Shown piece by piece: positions 51,766 through 63,746 of a DNA stretch of 64,000 nt (position 1 is its first letter; each line of letters opens with the position of its first letter). Source of the DNA: Candidatus Eiseniibacteriota bacterium (lineage in GTDB: Bacteria > Eisenbacteria > RBG-16-71-46 > CAIMUX01 > VGJL01). The notes beneath the pieces are model-generated. The model was given only the letters and a program-made list of their open reading frames with translations. It had not been told where the DNA came from and searched no databases. The position numbers and the translations under genes were made by a program. The stretch covers positions 256,001-320,000 of the forward strand of contig CAWBWI010000004.1 in assembly GCA_963792585.1 (NCBI GenBank), read 5' to 3'.

Positions 51766-53021
51766 TGGTCGTAGGCCCTCACGATCTGCGCATCGGGTAG
51801 TAGAACGCGACGATCTTGCGGAAGTCGTAGCCGGCGCGCGCCATGTCGATCGCGCCGATCTGGCAGAGACCGATGCCGTGCCCGTACCCGGCGCCGTCGA
51901 TCGTGAGGGCGCTCAGCCGTCCCTTGCGCGTCGTCGCGTGAACCTTGAGGATCAACGCGCTGCGTAGCGATCCGCCGTCGGGCTGCGCAGGATCCAGCGG
52001 ACCTGGTCGCCGCCGACCACGAAGCTCTTCTTCTCGAAGACGATCTCCAGATCCTTCGCCCTCTCCGATTCGGAGCGGCTCTTGAGCTTCAGATCGCGCA
52101 GCCTGCCCCAGCGTTCCGGGTTCTTGGCCCCGAGAACGGCGGGAAGACTTTTCTTGAGGATCTTCTCGAGGGCCTGGCCGTCCCAGCGCTCGGTCCAGCG
52201 ATGTTGCGGAGAGATGGAGCAGAAGGACTTGGCTCCCCTCGAGGGGGCGTCCCGGCGGGATTTCAGATAGGAGCGCGCGGGGCGCGACCAGACTTCTTCG
52301 GGGGCCGCCGTCATTCCGCCGCACGTGGAGCTGTAGTAGGCCTCGATCGGCCGCCCGTTGCTCATGGCGATCATCCCGCACGTGTCCCGCAGCGCCGCAT
52401 CGGTGTCCGCCCGCTCTCCCGCGACGCCGCGGTAGACCTGATCCTCGACGGTGCGAGAGCAGATCGAAGCCCCGCGCGCGCCATCGGTTCAGGTAGGCGA
52501 GGGTGTAGGAGCGCGCGGCGACGGCCTGCGCCTTGACCGCCTCGATCCCGTCGGGTCCTCCCGCCACCGATCTCCGCGGGCAGGACCCCGCGCAGGTACG
52601 ACTCGAGGTCGAGAACGTCGACGACCGTCACGCGCCCGCCTCCGGAGGCGAAGACGAGCATCTCGCCGCGATAGGGCCGGCCGTCGACTCGAATTGGAAT
52701 CCGTTCCACGCGACGCGGGGAAGAAGAAGAGGGTATCCGCCGCCCCCCCGCGCATGCGCGCCGTTGTGATCGCGGATGCCGAGCCGATCACCCTCCGCCG
52801 TGGCGACCCACGTTGCGCCGCTCGGGATCTCCTCAACCGCGCCCCGCCTCCGATCACGCCGACGCTCCAGGCGCCGCCGCAACGAAGGAGAAGCGCTCAC
52901 CACTTCCGGTGACGATGCCGATGCGGATCAGCGGGATCCTGCTTCGCGCCCGCGATGCCCGGCAGGAGAAGCGGGATCAGGAGCGCGATGAAGAGAGCGG
53001 CTGCCGCCGCGCGCATCTCAT
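51753..53021 (-). CDS. SpoIID/LytB-domain lytic transglycosylase-like protein (frameshifted)
   Basis: '[12 protein letters not shown]', '[13 protein letters not shown]', 'YYSSTCGG', '[13 protein letters not shown]' across several frames. Confidence 0.8.
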
Positions 53022-54203
53022 GCGGGTCGTGGCGTCCATCGACCCAGAAGGACCGGCGTCGGAGCGCCCGTCACCGTGGTCAGATCGGTCGGGCGTCCCG
53101 CGACGAATTCGCGCGCGAGAAAGGCGAAGAGGACGCACTCGCGGTTGGCGGCCGTCACGCCTCCTCGTTGAAGCGCTTCGACCCGGTATCCGCGCGGCTC
53201 GAAGCGCTCCCGTAGTTCCGCGATGACCGCGCGGTTGTGGATCCCTCCCCCGCAGATCCAGAGCGTTCTCGCCCAGTCGCCGGGACCGACGTCGCGGCGG
53301 AACGAGCTCCAGGCCGCCTCCGCGGTCAACGGTCGGCGGCGGTCGCGAGAAGGTCCTCGATGCCGAGGCGCATGCCGCGCGCGCCGTCGAGGAAATGACT
53401 GAGGAACGCATCGCCGAACTCCTCGCGGCCGGTCGAGCGCGCGCGCCGCCGCGCGAGGAACGGATGTTCGAACGCGTGCACGAGAAGCGAGGGACTCGAT
53501 TCGCCCGCGAGCGCGGACCTGCCCCCCGTGTCGCGGAACAACCGCCCTCCGCCGATTTCCGCCGGATCGATCCCGTCGAGGAGCATGTTGCCCGGTCCCA
53601 CGTCGAATCCGACGACGTGTCGGATCCCCCCGCATCGGAGATCGCGGTCAGGTTCGCGATGCCGCCGAGATTCAGGACGAGGGCGCCCTTCCCGCACCGA
53701 AAAGCGCGAGATCGAGGATGGGGCTCAACGGCGCCCCTTCCCCGCCGGCCGCCGTGTCGCCCTGCCGGAAGTGGCTCACGACCGGAACGCGCGCGATCGC
53801 GGCGACCGCCTCGGGCAATCCGATCTGAAGAGTCGTAGAGCGTCCGCGCGGAGCGGGCAGGTGGCAGACCGTTTGCCCATGCAGTCCCGCCGCGCGCACC
53901 CGCGCGGGGGACGAGACCGGCGCTCTTCGATCGCGCGCCGGGCGGCGAGTCCGAAGATCTCCCCCAGCCTGCGCATCGAGGAGGCAGAGGTCGCGGATCC
54001 CGATGCCGTCGGGCGCGTCGAGCAGCCTCGAGCGCAATGCTCGTGGGATCGCTAGAGAAACGGAGGCGAGGACGCGCGCATGGAACGGCGCATCACCTGC
54101 GGGTAGGTCGACCAGAATGGCGTCGACGTGATCGGCTGATGTCCCCGAGTTGAGGCCGAGGTAGGAACCACGCGTCGGTCCCGGTCGCGCGCCGGCTCTT
54201 CAT
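53018..54203 (-). CDS. anmK: Anhydro-N-acetylmuramic acid kinase (heavily frameshifted)
   Basis: 'YLGLNSGTSAD', 'LHGQTVCH', 'TLQIG', 'GGEGAPL', 'FDVGPGNMLLD', 'STGREEFG', 'CGGGIHN', 'FAFLA'. Confidence 0.8.
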
Positions 54204-54218
54204 GTCGCCCCGCGCGGG

Positions 54219-54845
54219 CTAGGGACCGATTTCCACCCCCATCAGGAAGGTGCCGTCATACGCGACGGTCCATTCCCGAGGGGTGTCGATGCCGTGAATC
54301 GTCGCCTCGATCGAGAAGAAAACGCCCGAGGTCCGATAGAAACGGATGCCGGCCAGCCCGAGGACTCCGCTGTCCCACCCGGTTGCCGCGCGACGGGCGG
54401 CAATCGGCGTCGTATCGAAGTGACCCGCCGTTCGTAGCGGCCCACGCCCGCGCCGACGTACGGAGCCACGTAGTTCCGGCGGCGCCGTTGAATCGATCCG
54501 GTAGATGAGGGACGCCGTGATCGACGTGCGACGGTAGGACCGAGCGAGATCGCCTGCGTGCGCGCCGAGGTCGGGCAAGTCCGCCGCGGGATCCTGCTCT
54601 CGGAGATCTCCGTCGCTCCAGCTGCATCGCGCCGCTCAAACGCGCTTCGAAGGTGCAGCCGACGGGCGCCTGCGCGAACAGCGTCCCGCCGGGGCCCACA
54701 TTCCACTGGTGCGAGAGATCACCGAGATATCCCCCGACCGTGAACCCTCCCCCCAACGCCATCGGCACGGCCGCCGACGCGCACGCCGGAAGCCCGAGCG
54801 AGAAGGCAAAGCGATGGCTGCGAAGGTAGATCGAGACGATCGCAT
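54219..54845 (-). CDS. Small outer-membrane beta-barrel protein (frameshifted)
   Basis: Signal peptide; 'PYVGAGVG'; alternating amphipathic strands; C-terminal 'FLMGVEIGP'. Confidence 0.6.
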
Positions 54846-54880
54846 CGAATCACCTCCTGGTCGCGCGACCCGGCCGGACG

Positions 54881-55888
<1,008 letters not shown>

Positions 55889-55985
55889 TCAAGGCGCCCG
55901 AGGTGGCCCGGGACGATCCGTCCGCCCCCGCAACCCGCTCGAACGCAGAGGCTAACAGCCCGTCCCCCGGCGCGAAAGCGGCGGC

Positions 55986-56042
55986 TTGACCATCGAGCCG
56001 CCGAAATCCGTACGCTTCCGGGTTCGCTGAAACTGAGTCTCA
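55986..56042 (+). promoter_or_regulatory. Promoter with a 7-1-7 Fur-type operator upstream of fur-feoB
   Basis: TTGACC (55986) ... TACGCT (56011); TGAAACT-G-AGTCTCA palindrome at 56028-56042. Confidence 0.55.
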
Positions 56043-56068
56043 ATAAGCTACATCCGGAGGACGGAACC

Positions 56069-56563
56069 ATGGCCGCCACTGTGGCGATCATCAACGAGGC
56101 GACCGAGCGGCTGCGCGACTTCCTTCGCGGCCAGAAACTCCGGCTCACTCCGGAGCGAATCGCCCTTCTGCGCGCGGCCCTGGGCTACCCGGGCCACTTC
56201 GACGCCGATGAGATGGTGGCCCACCTGCGGCGGCGGCGCAGCCGGGTCAGCAGGGCCACGATTTATCGCACCCTGTCGATCCTCGAGCAGTGCGGGATCC
56301 TTCGCAAATCGCTCCTCGGCCAGGGGCGCGGCGTTTACGAGCGGGCGCTGGGGCGCGGCCACCACGATCACATCGTCTGCGCGGCCTGCGGCAAGATCGA
56401 GGAGTTCTACGACGAGCGCATCGAGAAGCTGCAGGACGAGGTCGCGGAGGGACTCCGCTACCGGATCCTCGATCACGTTCACGAGTTGTTCGGCCTCTGC
56501 GGTGACTGCGGGAAGATCGCTCCAGACGGTATCAAGGGCGGGGCGAAGTTGAGGAAGGGATAG
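56069..56563 (+). CDS. fur: Fur-family transcriptional regulator
   Basis: 'RLTPER', 'SRATIYRTL', 'HHDHIVCAACG', 'LFGLCGDC'. Confidence 0.92.
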   Translation: MAATVAIINEATERLRDFLRGQKLRLTPERIALLRAALGYPGHFDADEMVAHLRRRRSRVSRATIYRTLSILEQCGILRKSLLGQGRGVYERALGRGHHDHIVCAACGKIEEFYDERIEKLQDEVAEGLRYRILDHVHELFGLCGDCGKIAPDGIKGGAKLRKG

Positions 56564-56565
56564 CA

Positions 56566-58704
56566 TTGCACACGCACACTGCGGAGAGGCTCGAACGCCC
56601 CGACACGCCCCCCCTGCTGCTCGTCGGCAACCCGAATGTCGGCAAGAGCGTCATCTTCGGCGCGCTGACGGGGCGCTACGTGAACGTCTCGAACTACCCG
56701 GGCACCACGATCGAGGTGACCCGCGGCCGCCTCGCGCGTGCGGGCGCGCGCGTCGAGGTGATCGATACCCCGGGCACGAACCACCTGATCCCGATGTCGG
56801 AAGACGAGCGGGTCACCCGCGACATCCTCATCAACGAGCCTGACTCGACGGTGGTTCAGGTCGGCGACGCCAAGAACCTCCGACGGGCGCTGACCTTGAC
56901 CCTCGAACTCTCGCTCCTCGGCCGTCCGGTGATCCTCGCCCTGAACATGATGGACGAGGCCAAGACCCTCGGCATTCGGATCGATCGCGCGCGGCTCGAG
57001 TCGATGCTCGGCGTGCCGGTCGTCGAAACGGTGGCCATCCGCAAGAGCGGGCTGAAGAAGCTCTACGACCTGTCCATCCGGGCCGGACTTCCCAAGCTTC
57101 GCGCGCAGTACCCCCCGATCGTGGAGGGTGCGATCGCGAGGGCGGCATCCGTTCTCGAAGCCGCCGGCGTGGCCGTCTCGACCCGCTTCCTGGCGGTCCT
57201 CTTCCTTGCCGGCGATCGGACGATCGTCCCGTGGCTGCGCGCACGCGTCGATGCGCGCGCGCTGGAGGCCTGCGAGCAGATCCGGGCCGAGGCAGGGCGC
57301 CATGCGAACGAACCGCTGTCCACCATCATCCAGAAGTGCCACCTCGACGCGATCGACGCAATCATCGACGCCTGCTACATCCCCGCGACCACCGGACGCG
57401 GGGGATTGCGCCACAAGGTAGGCCGCTGGTCGATCCATCCCTTGAAGGGCGTCGGGGTGCTCGCCATCGTGCTGATCACGACGTTCTGGTTCGTGGGCCT
57501 GCTCGGGGCCGGGACACTGGTCGACCTGATGGAGACCGGTCTCTTCGGCCAGGCCCTCAGTCCGGCGGCGATCCGCGCGGCCGACGCGGTCCTGCCATTC
57601 CCACACGTCCACCCGCCGGCGGACATCGAGGTGAATCTGCAGATCCCGCTGACCCCGACCCACGGGATCGACACGGGACTCGACTGGACTCGCCACGTGG
57701 TGACGCCGCAATACGAGCTCACGGGCAACCTCACGGGCGGACAGAAGGTCCTCCGCTTCGTCCACGATCTGTTCGTCGGTCCCTATGGCGCTTTCACGAT
57801 GGCGCTCGCCTACGGGTTTGCCATCGTGCTGCCGATCGTGGCGACCTTCTTTCTCCTCTTCAGCCTCCTCGAGGACAGCGGCTATCTCCCCCGCCTGGCC
57901 GTGATGGTCAATGACATCTTCCGCATGATGGGACTCAACGGCCGGGCCGTCCTCCCGATGGTTCTGGGTCTGGGATGCGACACGATGGCCACCCTGACCA
58001 CCAGGATTCTCGACACCCGAAAACAGCGATTGATCGTCACCCTCCTTCTCGCGCTGGGGGTTCCCTGCTCCGCCCAGCTCGGGGTGATCCTCGCCATGAT
58101 GAGCGCGATCTCGCCGCTGGGCACGGCCATCTGGCTCCTGATCATCCTGGGGGTCATGGTCCTCGTCGGCTGGCTTGCCGCGCGCGTATTCCGCGGCCGC
58201 TCGTCCGACTTCCTGCTCGAGCTGCCGCCGATTCGCCGACCGGTCGTGAGCAACATCATCGTCAAGACGATGGCGCGGCTCGAGTGGTACCTGAAGGAGG
58301 TCCTTCCCCTCTTCATTCTGGGGACCTTGATTCTCTTCACCCTGGACCGGACCGGTGTGCTGCCGAGCATCCGCGATTTCGCCGCGCCGCTCGTCAAAGG
58401 CTGGCTCGGCTTGCCGCCGCAGACCGCGGATGCGTTCCTGATCGGTTTTCTCCGCCGCGACTACGGGGCCGTCTTCCTGCTCCAGGCCGCGACGGGGGCT
58501 CACCCGATCCTGAGCGGGAACCAGATCCTGGTCAGCATGACCGTGATCACGCTCTTCGTTCCGTGCATCGCAAACGTCTTCATCATCGCCAAGGAGCACG
58601 GCATGAGGGTCGCTGTGGGGATGACGGCGTTCATCTTCCCCTTCGCCTTCTTCGTGGGCGGGATCCTCTGGCGCATGCTCACCCTCTTCGGGGTGCAGGT
58701 ATGA
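56566..58704 (+). CDS. feoB: Ferrous iron transporter FeoB
   Basis: G1 'GNPNVGKS', 'NYPGTT', G3 'DTPG', G4 'NMMD'; membrane part 'LEDSGYLPRLA', 'LGLGC', 'PCSAQLG', 'LFVPC'. Confidence 0.95.
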   Translation: MHTHTAERLERPDTPPLLLVGNPNVGKSVIFGALTGRYVNVSNYPGTTIEVTRGRLARAGARVEVIDTPGTNHLIPMSEDERVTRDILINEPDSTVVQVGDAKNLRRALTLTLELSLLGRPVILALNMMDEAKTLGIRIDRARLESMLGVPVVETVAIRKSGLKKLYDLSIRAGLPKLRAQYPPIVEGAIARAASVLEAAGVAVSTRFLAVLFLAGDRTIVPWLRARVDARALEACEQIRAEAGRHANEPLSTIIQKCHLDAIDAIIDACYIPATTGRGGLRHKVGRWSIHPLKGVGVLAIVLITTFWFVGLLGAGTLVDLMETGLFGQALSPAAIRAADAVLPFPHVHPPADIEVNLQIPLTPTHGIDTGLDWTRHVVTPQYELTGNLTGGQKVLRFVHDLFVGPYGAFTMALAYGFAIVLPIVATFFLLFSLLEDSGYLPRLAVMVNDIFRMMGLNGRAVLPMVLGLGCDTMATLTTRILDTRKQRLIVTLLLALGVPCSAQLGVILAMMSAISPLGTAIWLLIILGVMVLVGWLAARVFRGRSSDFLLELPPIRRPVVSNIIVKTMARLEWYLKEVLPLFILGTLILFTLDRTGVLPSIRDFAAPLVKGWLGLPPQTADAFLIGFLRRDYGAVFLLQAATGAHPILSGNQILVSMTVITLFVPCIANVFIIAKEHGMRVAVGMTAFIFPFAFFVGGILWRMLTLFGVQV

Positions 58705-58919
58705 CGGACCGCGAGCCGGCGACGGCCCAAGACGTTCGCGCCTGTCCGCTCTGCGGGGGACGGGTCTCCGCGGACGCCGATTCCTGCCCCAGCGGCTGCC
58801 CGATGGCGAAGAAGTGCAAGTTGATCTGCTGCCCGAATTGCGGCTACGAATTCGTGGAGGACTCGGCCGTCGTCTCGGGACTCGGCCGCCTCTGGAAGCG
58901 CATCCGGAGGAAACCATGA
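58701..58919 (+). CDS. Small Cys-rich FeoB-associated protein
   Basis: 'CPLC...CPSGCPMAKKCKLICCPNCGYEF'; overlaps both neighbours (translational coupling). Confidence 0.75.
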   Translation: MTDREPATAQDVRACPLCGGRVSADADSCPSGCPMAKKCKLICCPNCGYEFVEDSAVVSGLGRLWKRIRRKP

Positions 58920-59566
58920 CCGATCCGCATCGACTCGATGAGGGCCTCGAACTCCTCTACACCCTGCGCGAACGCGGGATGAGCGACGTCGCTTCGTTCC
59001 TCCGCGTCTGCACGGAGCCCCATCCCGACTCGCTCCTGCGCGAGGTGCTCGCCGCCGGTCTCGTCGCGCGCGAGGCGGAGGCGCTGTCCCTTACGCAGGC
59101 CGGCATGGAACGCGCGGCCGGCATCATCCGCCGCCATCGTCTGGCCGAGGTGCTGATGCGCTCGGTCCTCGAGGTCGAGGAGCCGGAGATGGAGCAGACC
59201 GCCTGCGCCTTCGAGCACGTTCTGGGCGAAGGCGCGGTCGATCGGGTTTGCGCGTTCCTCGGGCATCCGACCCACTGCCCCCACGGCCGTCCCATCCCTC
59301 CGGGCCGATGCTGCAGCATGATCGCAGAGGCCGGCGAGAACATCCAACCGCTCTCCGAGATGCAGGTGGGCGATTTGTGCGAGGTCGTCCACATCCGGCC
59401 CAAGCACCACGCCCGTCTCGATCGCCTGGGAGCCTACGGGCTCGTGCCGCGCTCGGTGATCCGGCTGCACCAGAAGCGCCCCAGTTTCGTGGTGCAGATC
59501 GACGAGACGGATCTCGCGATCGACATCGACGTCGCCAAGGACATCTACGTCCGCATCAAGGTCTGA
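58916..59566 (+). CDS. DtxR/MntR-family metal-dependent regulator with C-terminal FeoA domain
   Basis: 'IIRRHRLAE', 'ACAFEH', 'HPTHCPHGRPIP', FeoA-like 'RLGAYGLVP'. Confidence 0.9.
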   Translation: MTDPHRLDEGLELLYTLRERGMSDVASFLRVCTEPHPDSLLREVLAAGLVAREAEALSLTQAGMERAAGIIRRHRLAEVLMRSVLEVEEPEMEQTACAFEHVLGEGAVDRVCAFLGHPTHCPHGRPIPPGRCCSMIAEAGENIQPLSEMQVGDLCEVVHIRPKHHARLDRLGAYGLVPRSVIRLHQKRPSFVVQIDETDLAIDIDVAKDIYVRIKV

Positions 59567-59572
59567 CGGCCT

Positions 59573-61687
59573 CTACGGGCGCATCGAGATTTGCCGCGTA
59601 CGGTGGAAGTAGACGTCGATGGAGCTGATGTAGCCGTTCGAGTGATCCGGCAGGCAATCGTAACCGGTCATGCTCATCCACACCTCCGGTCCCGATCCGC
59701 TCCATGTGTAGCGCGCGATCTTCGAACAGGTCTCCTCCCCGTCCGTGCCGCACTGCATCGTCAACAGAGGAGGATGCTCCCAGACGCTGATCATCGGGAC
59801 ATGCTGGAGCTCGAGGGTGCGCGTCTCCGTCCAGCCGTCCGGCCCGCTCAAGGTCTTCGTTAGATCCAGCGTGACGACCTCGCCCGAATGCGAATCGACC
59901 GTCGCACCCATGCTGATGACCGTGCGATATCCGTTCGTGTCCGTCGTGTCCCGCCCGCCGGTGAACCGGTTGCCCGCAAAGCTCCCCACGATCCCCTCGA
60001 ACTCTTGGCCGTCGTACCAGTCGCTGACGCCCGAGTTCGATTCGTACGTGGCATGCGTGAACAGGTCGACCGTGCAGTAGCGCATGCGATCGAGGGGGAG
60101 CTCGCGGCGAACCGTCAAGTCTCCGAGGTCATGGGTCTCGTCCGTCCGCTGCTCCCAGGGGATCGTGATCGGAACGTCGGCCGAGTCCCCGGCGATCGCC
60201 ACGCGGATCGCGCTCTCTCCGGGGAACACGCCGCCCGTGATCTGGAAGTGCCCGGAGCCGTCGGTCGGAATCGACGAGTCGCCGCCCCGGTAGACCCGCT
60301 CGCCGACGATGCTCACCGCGCTGACGAAGGCGCCCGCGAGCGGCGCCCCGGATTCGTCGAACAGACGACCCCGAACGGCGTGCCGCCAGCCCGACCGCTG
60401 GAAGATCGCGGGGAGCTTGTCCGCCTGCGCGCCCGCGGCATTCACGATCTCCACCCGCAGTCCCTCGGTCGTGACCGCGCGGCGCGCGACGATGCTGTAG
60501 AGATCGCCGGTCCCCAGCCCGATCACCGGCACGTCGGTCGTGCGCCCGTTCTGGATGTCCCGCATCGACGGGGTCGTCCGGGTGAGACCTGCCAGCAGGA
60601 CGGCGGAGAATCCCTCGAGGCCGGGGAAATCCGCTGTGAGCGGGGTCAGGCCGTTGAAGATCACGTACGGATCGTGGAGGTCATAGCCCTTGACCGATCC
60701 CATCGCGATCCACTCGGTCAGATAGGCGTAGTCCTCCAGAAGGACGTCGCGCCCGACGGCGTCGCGGATCCCGTGTCCGGTGTCCCACAACGGCGCCTGT
60801 CCCTCCAGGATCGACCAGGCGTCGTCCCCGACCAGGACGTGGGTCAGGTAGTGCCCCGTTTCATGGGCGACATTGCCCGCGTTCGCATCGAGCCTCAGGT
60901 GAATCGTCGGGCGCACGAGCCGGCCCAACGAACCGAGACTGCGCCACCAGAAACCGCAGTAGTAGAAACCATCCCACTCGGTGTTCCGGCGCAGCCGTCC
61001 GTCCACCTCCGCACGTGCCGACGCCTGCAGGGCCGGCGGCATGAGGGCGATGGCTTCGTCGATGACGCTCGCAATCTGCAGATTGACATGAACCCGCTGC
61101 GTCGCCTCGTCGCTTCCCGCGGGGATCGCGGAGATCCAGTAGTTGCTGAACCCGCCCGTCTGCGCGAGCGATCGTCGCAGGCCGGCGGGCTCCGCCCCGA
61201 ACGGCAGCGTGAGTTGGAAAACGCGGCCTTCCGGAAGCGAGTCGACCTGGGGGACGGCGATCCAGCGGGTGCCGGGGCCCGGCAGGTCGTCGTACGCTCC
61301 GGGCGCCGAGCCGTAACCGTACACGGTGACGTCGGCGCTGCCGGGCAGGCCGACGAGCACCTGAAGCGGAGTCTCCCGATCGAATGAAACCGAGAACCCC
61401 TGCCCCGCCTCGGGAGGCGCGGGGCCGTCGAGGATCCGGGCTACGACCAGGGTTCCGGCGCCGCCTTCGGGGAATCGGAAGGAATGGCCCGTGAGGCTGT
61501 CCCCAACCGAGGTCCCCGCGCCCCCCTCCACGGGGTATCCGGTCGCGGGTCCAAGCGTCCAGCCCTCTCCCCCATCCGCCGGATCGTTCAGACGATCCCG
61601 TTGGCCGCAACCGACCACGGCAAAGGCCATGATGACGCCCAGAACAGAGATCGACGGAAACACGTGCGGTCGCGGCGTGAAGACCAA
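59573..61687 (-). CDS. Putative lipoprotein with an HExxH zinc-metallopeptidase-like motif
   Basis: TTG start after AGGAGG; lipobox 'VVG-C'; 'VAHETGHYLTH...LEDYA'; carboxypeptidase-regulatory-like 'VRGRLFDESGAPLAGAFV'. Confidence 0.65.
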   Translation of the reverse strand: MVFTPRPHVFPSISVLGVIMAFAVVGCGQRDRLNDPADGGEGWTLGPATGYPVEGGAGTSVGDSLTGHSFRFPEGGAGTLVVARILDGPAPPEAGQGFSVSFDRETPLQVLVGLPGSADVTVYGYGSAPGAYDDLPGPGTRWIAVPQVDSLPEGRVFQLTLPFGAEPAGLRRSLAQTGGFSNYWISAIPAGSDEATQRVHVNLQIASVIDEAIALMPPALQASARAEVDGRLRRNTEWDGFYYCGFWWRSLGSLGRLVRPTIHLRLDANAGNVAHETGHYLTHVLVGDDAWSILEGQAPLWDTGHGIRDAVGRDVLLEDYAYLTEWIAMGSVKGYDLHDPYVIFNGLTPLTADFPGLEGFSAVLLAGLTRTTPSMRDIQNGRTTDVPVIGLGTGDLYSIVARRAVTTEGLRVEIVNAAGAQADKLPAIFQRSGWRHAVRGRLFDESGAPLAGAFVSAVSIVGERVYRGGDSSIPTDGSGHFQITGGVFPGESAIRVAIAGDSADVPITIPWEQRTDETHDLGDLTVRRELPLDRMRYCTVDLFTHATYESNSGVSDWYDGQEFEGIVGSFAGNRFTGGRDTTDTNGYRTVISMGATVDSHSGEVVTLDLTKTLSGPDGWTETRTLELQHVPMISVWEHPPLLTMQCGTDGEETCSKIARYTWSGSGPEVWMSMTGYDCLPDHSNGYISSIDVYFHRTRQISMRP

Positions 61688-61908
61688 GCTGGCTCCTCCT
61701 TCGATCGGGTATTGCGGATCCGGGCCCTCCGGGGACCGTGACGGGTCCCAGATCGCCCCACATATGGATATCGGCCGCCCCGATGGTCCTGATGAGGCTT
61801 GCGCGGCGCGGTGGATCCAAGACCGTGGGCAGCAACAAACCGTGGCGCATTCGGAGGAGGTCGGGCTAGACTCCCTTCGTCCGGGGTAGGACACGTGGAG
61901 GAACACGG

Positions 61909-63124
61909 TTGGAGCATCGCAAGGGGGGCGCGGCTGGCGGGGCGATCGTCGCCCTCATCTTCGCGATCTTCCTTCCCCTCCCCGCCGCGGCCGCCGTGTC
62001 CCCTGTGACCGACTTGTCGGTCGTCGACAAGCCCCTCGATGCCGGTCGCTCGCTGCGGATCACCTTCGGCCGTTCCATCGGCGACTCCATTGGCCGGGGT
62101 GACGTCGCCCGCTACGAGTTGCTCCGCCGCGGTCCCAAGGACTCCGCCTTCGTCTCCGTAAAGACCTTCCTCGCCAACCAGCGAGGGGAACGATTTGCGT
62201 TCGAAGACATGAACGTTCGTCCAAACGGCGGATACCGCTACTTCGTCCGCGCCCTCGCGAAGGACGGAATTCATGCCGACGGCGCCGAGGTCGGCCCGGT
62301 GATTCCGACCCGCGCGTGGTTCAACAACGTCAGGACCAACACCCTGATCGCGACGCTCTGCTTCTTCGGATTGGTTCTAGGCTTCATCCGCGCCGCCCGC
62401 GGAGGAGCGAACCTCTTCATCCGCCGCATCGCGGGACTCGATGCGATCGACGAGGCGGTCGGCCGATGCACCGAGATGGGGAAGGCGGTTCTCTACATCC
62501 CCGGGATCAGCACGATCCAGGACGTCGCCACGATCGCCTCCTTGAACATCCTCGGACAGGTCGCCAAGAAGATCGCGAGCTACCAGAGCCGGATCATCGT
62601 GCCCAACCGCGATCCGATCGTCTACCCGGTCACCCAGGACGTCGTAAAGCTCGCCTTCACGCGAGGCCGGCTACCCGCAGGACTATCGTGACGATGACGT
62701 CTACTTCGTGACGCAACGACCAGTTCGCCTATGCCGCGGCCGTCTGCGGGACGATGGTCCGCGAGAAGCCGGGCGCGAACCTGTTGCTCGGTATGTTCTA
62801 CGCCGAATCCCTCGTGCTGGCCGAGACCGGCTCCTCGGTTGGAGCGATCCAGATCGCCGGCACCGACGCAGTTGCGCAACTCCCCTTCTTCGTCACCGCC
62901 TGCGACTACACGATCATCGGCGAGGAGCTCTACGCGGCCAGCGCCTACATCGGGCGCGAACCCACCCTGCTCGGAAGCCTCAAGGGGCAGGACGTCTTCA
63001 AGGCGATCTGCATCGTCCTCATCGTCGCTCGGGGTAGCCTCGACGACCATCGGAGTGCTGACGGGCAGGATCCCCGATCACCTTCATCAATGACCTCTTA
63101 CGCGTGAGGGGCGGGAGCGGATGA
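61909..63124 (+). CDS. Fn3-like plus DUF6754-type membrane protein (frameshifted)
   Basis: 'IRRIAGLDAIDEAVGRCTEMGK', 'FYAESLVLAETG', 'QLPFFVTACDYTIIGEELYAASAY', 'GSLKGQD'. Confidence 0.75.
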
Positions 63125-63743
63125 AGACTCCAGCTTCCCCTCTTCATCTGCCGGTCGCCGGTCTCTTCATGGCGGTCGCAGTACTTCATGCCGGCCGCGC
63201 TCCCCATCTACGACCGGATCAACGACTACCTGCAGATCGTCATATGCATTCTCCATCGTCTTGGGCGTGGTGAGCGTCATCCACCGCCACGGAGGAAAAG
63301 TCGCAGCGACGCGCAAGAAGGACTGGCCCTACAGCGCTGGCCGCCCTCGCCGCCATGGTCCTGATGCTCTTGGCGGGTTTCATCGGCGGCCGCGGCTCCC
63401 GGATTCGCTCTTCCAGTCGCTTTTCAGGCGGTGCTTCTCCCCGTCCAGGCGACGATGTTCGCGCTGCTGGCCTTCTATCTGGCGTCGGCGGCCTTCCGGC
63501 CGTTCCGCACCCGCAGCACCGACGCGACCGTTCTGCTCATCGCTGCGGTGATCGTGATGATCGGGCGACTCGACGACGGGCAGTCGCTGCGGATTCCGGA
63601 CATCTCCCGCTGGATCCTGAACTGCCCCGAACCTCGTGGCGAAGCGGGCGATCCTGATCGGAGTAGGCCTGGGCATGACCTCGACCGCGCTCAAGGTCAT
63701 TCTGGGAATCGAACGCTCCTACCTCGGGTCGGGAAAGGAGTAG
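63121..63743 (+). CDS. Conserved membrane protein of the DUF6754-associated operon (frameshifted)
   Basis: Fragments '[20 protein letters not shown]' and '[12 protein letters not shown]...[13 protein letters not shown]'. Confidence 0.7.
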
Positions 63744-63746
63744 GCG

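Noticed and set aside
56479..58917. Long antisense or alternate-frame ORFs (e.g. 56479-58917, 41506-43086, 47235-48776, 59888-61387, 25263-26597)
   Set aside because: These are shadow ORFs of real high-GC genes, with Arg/Pro/Ala-rich composition and no motifs.
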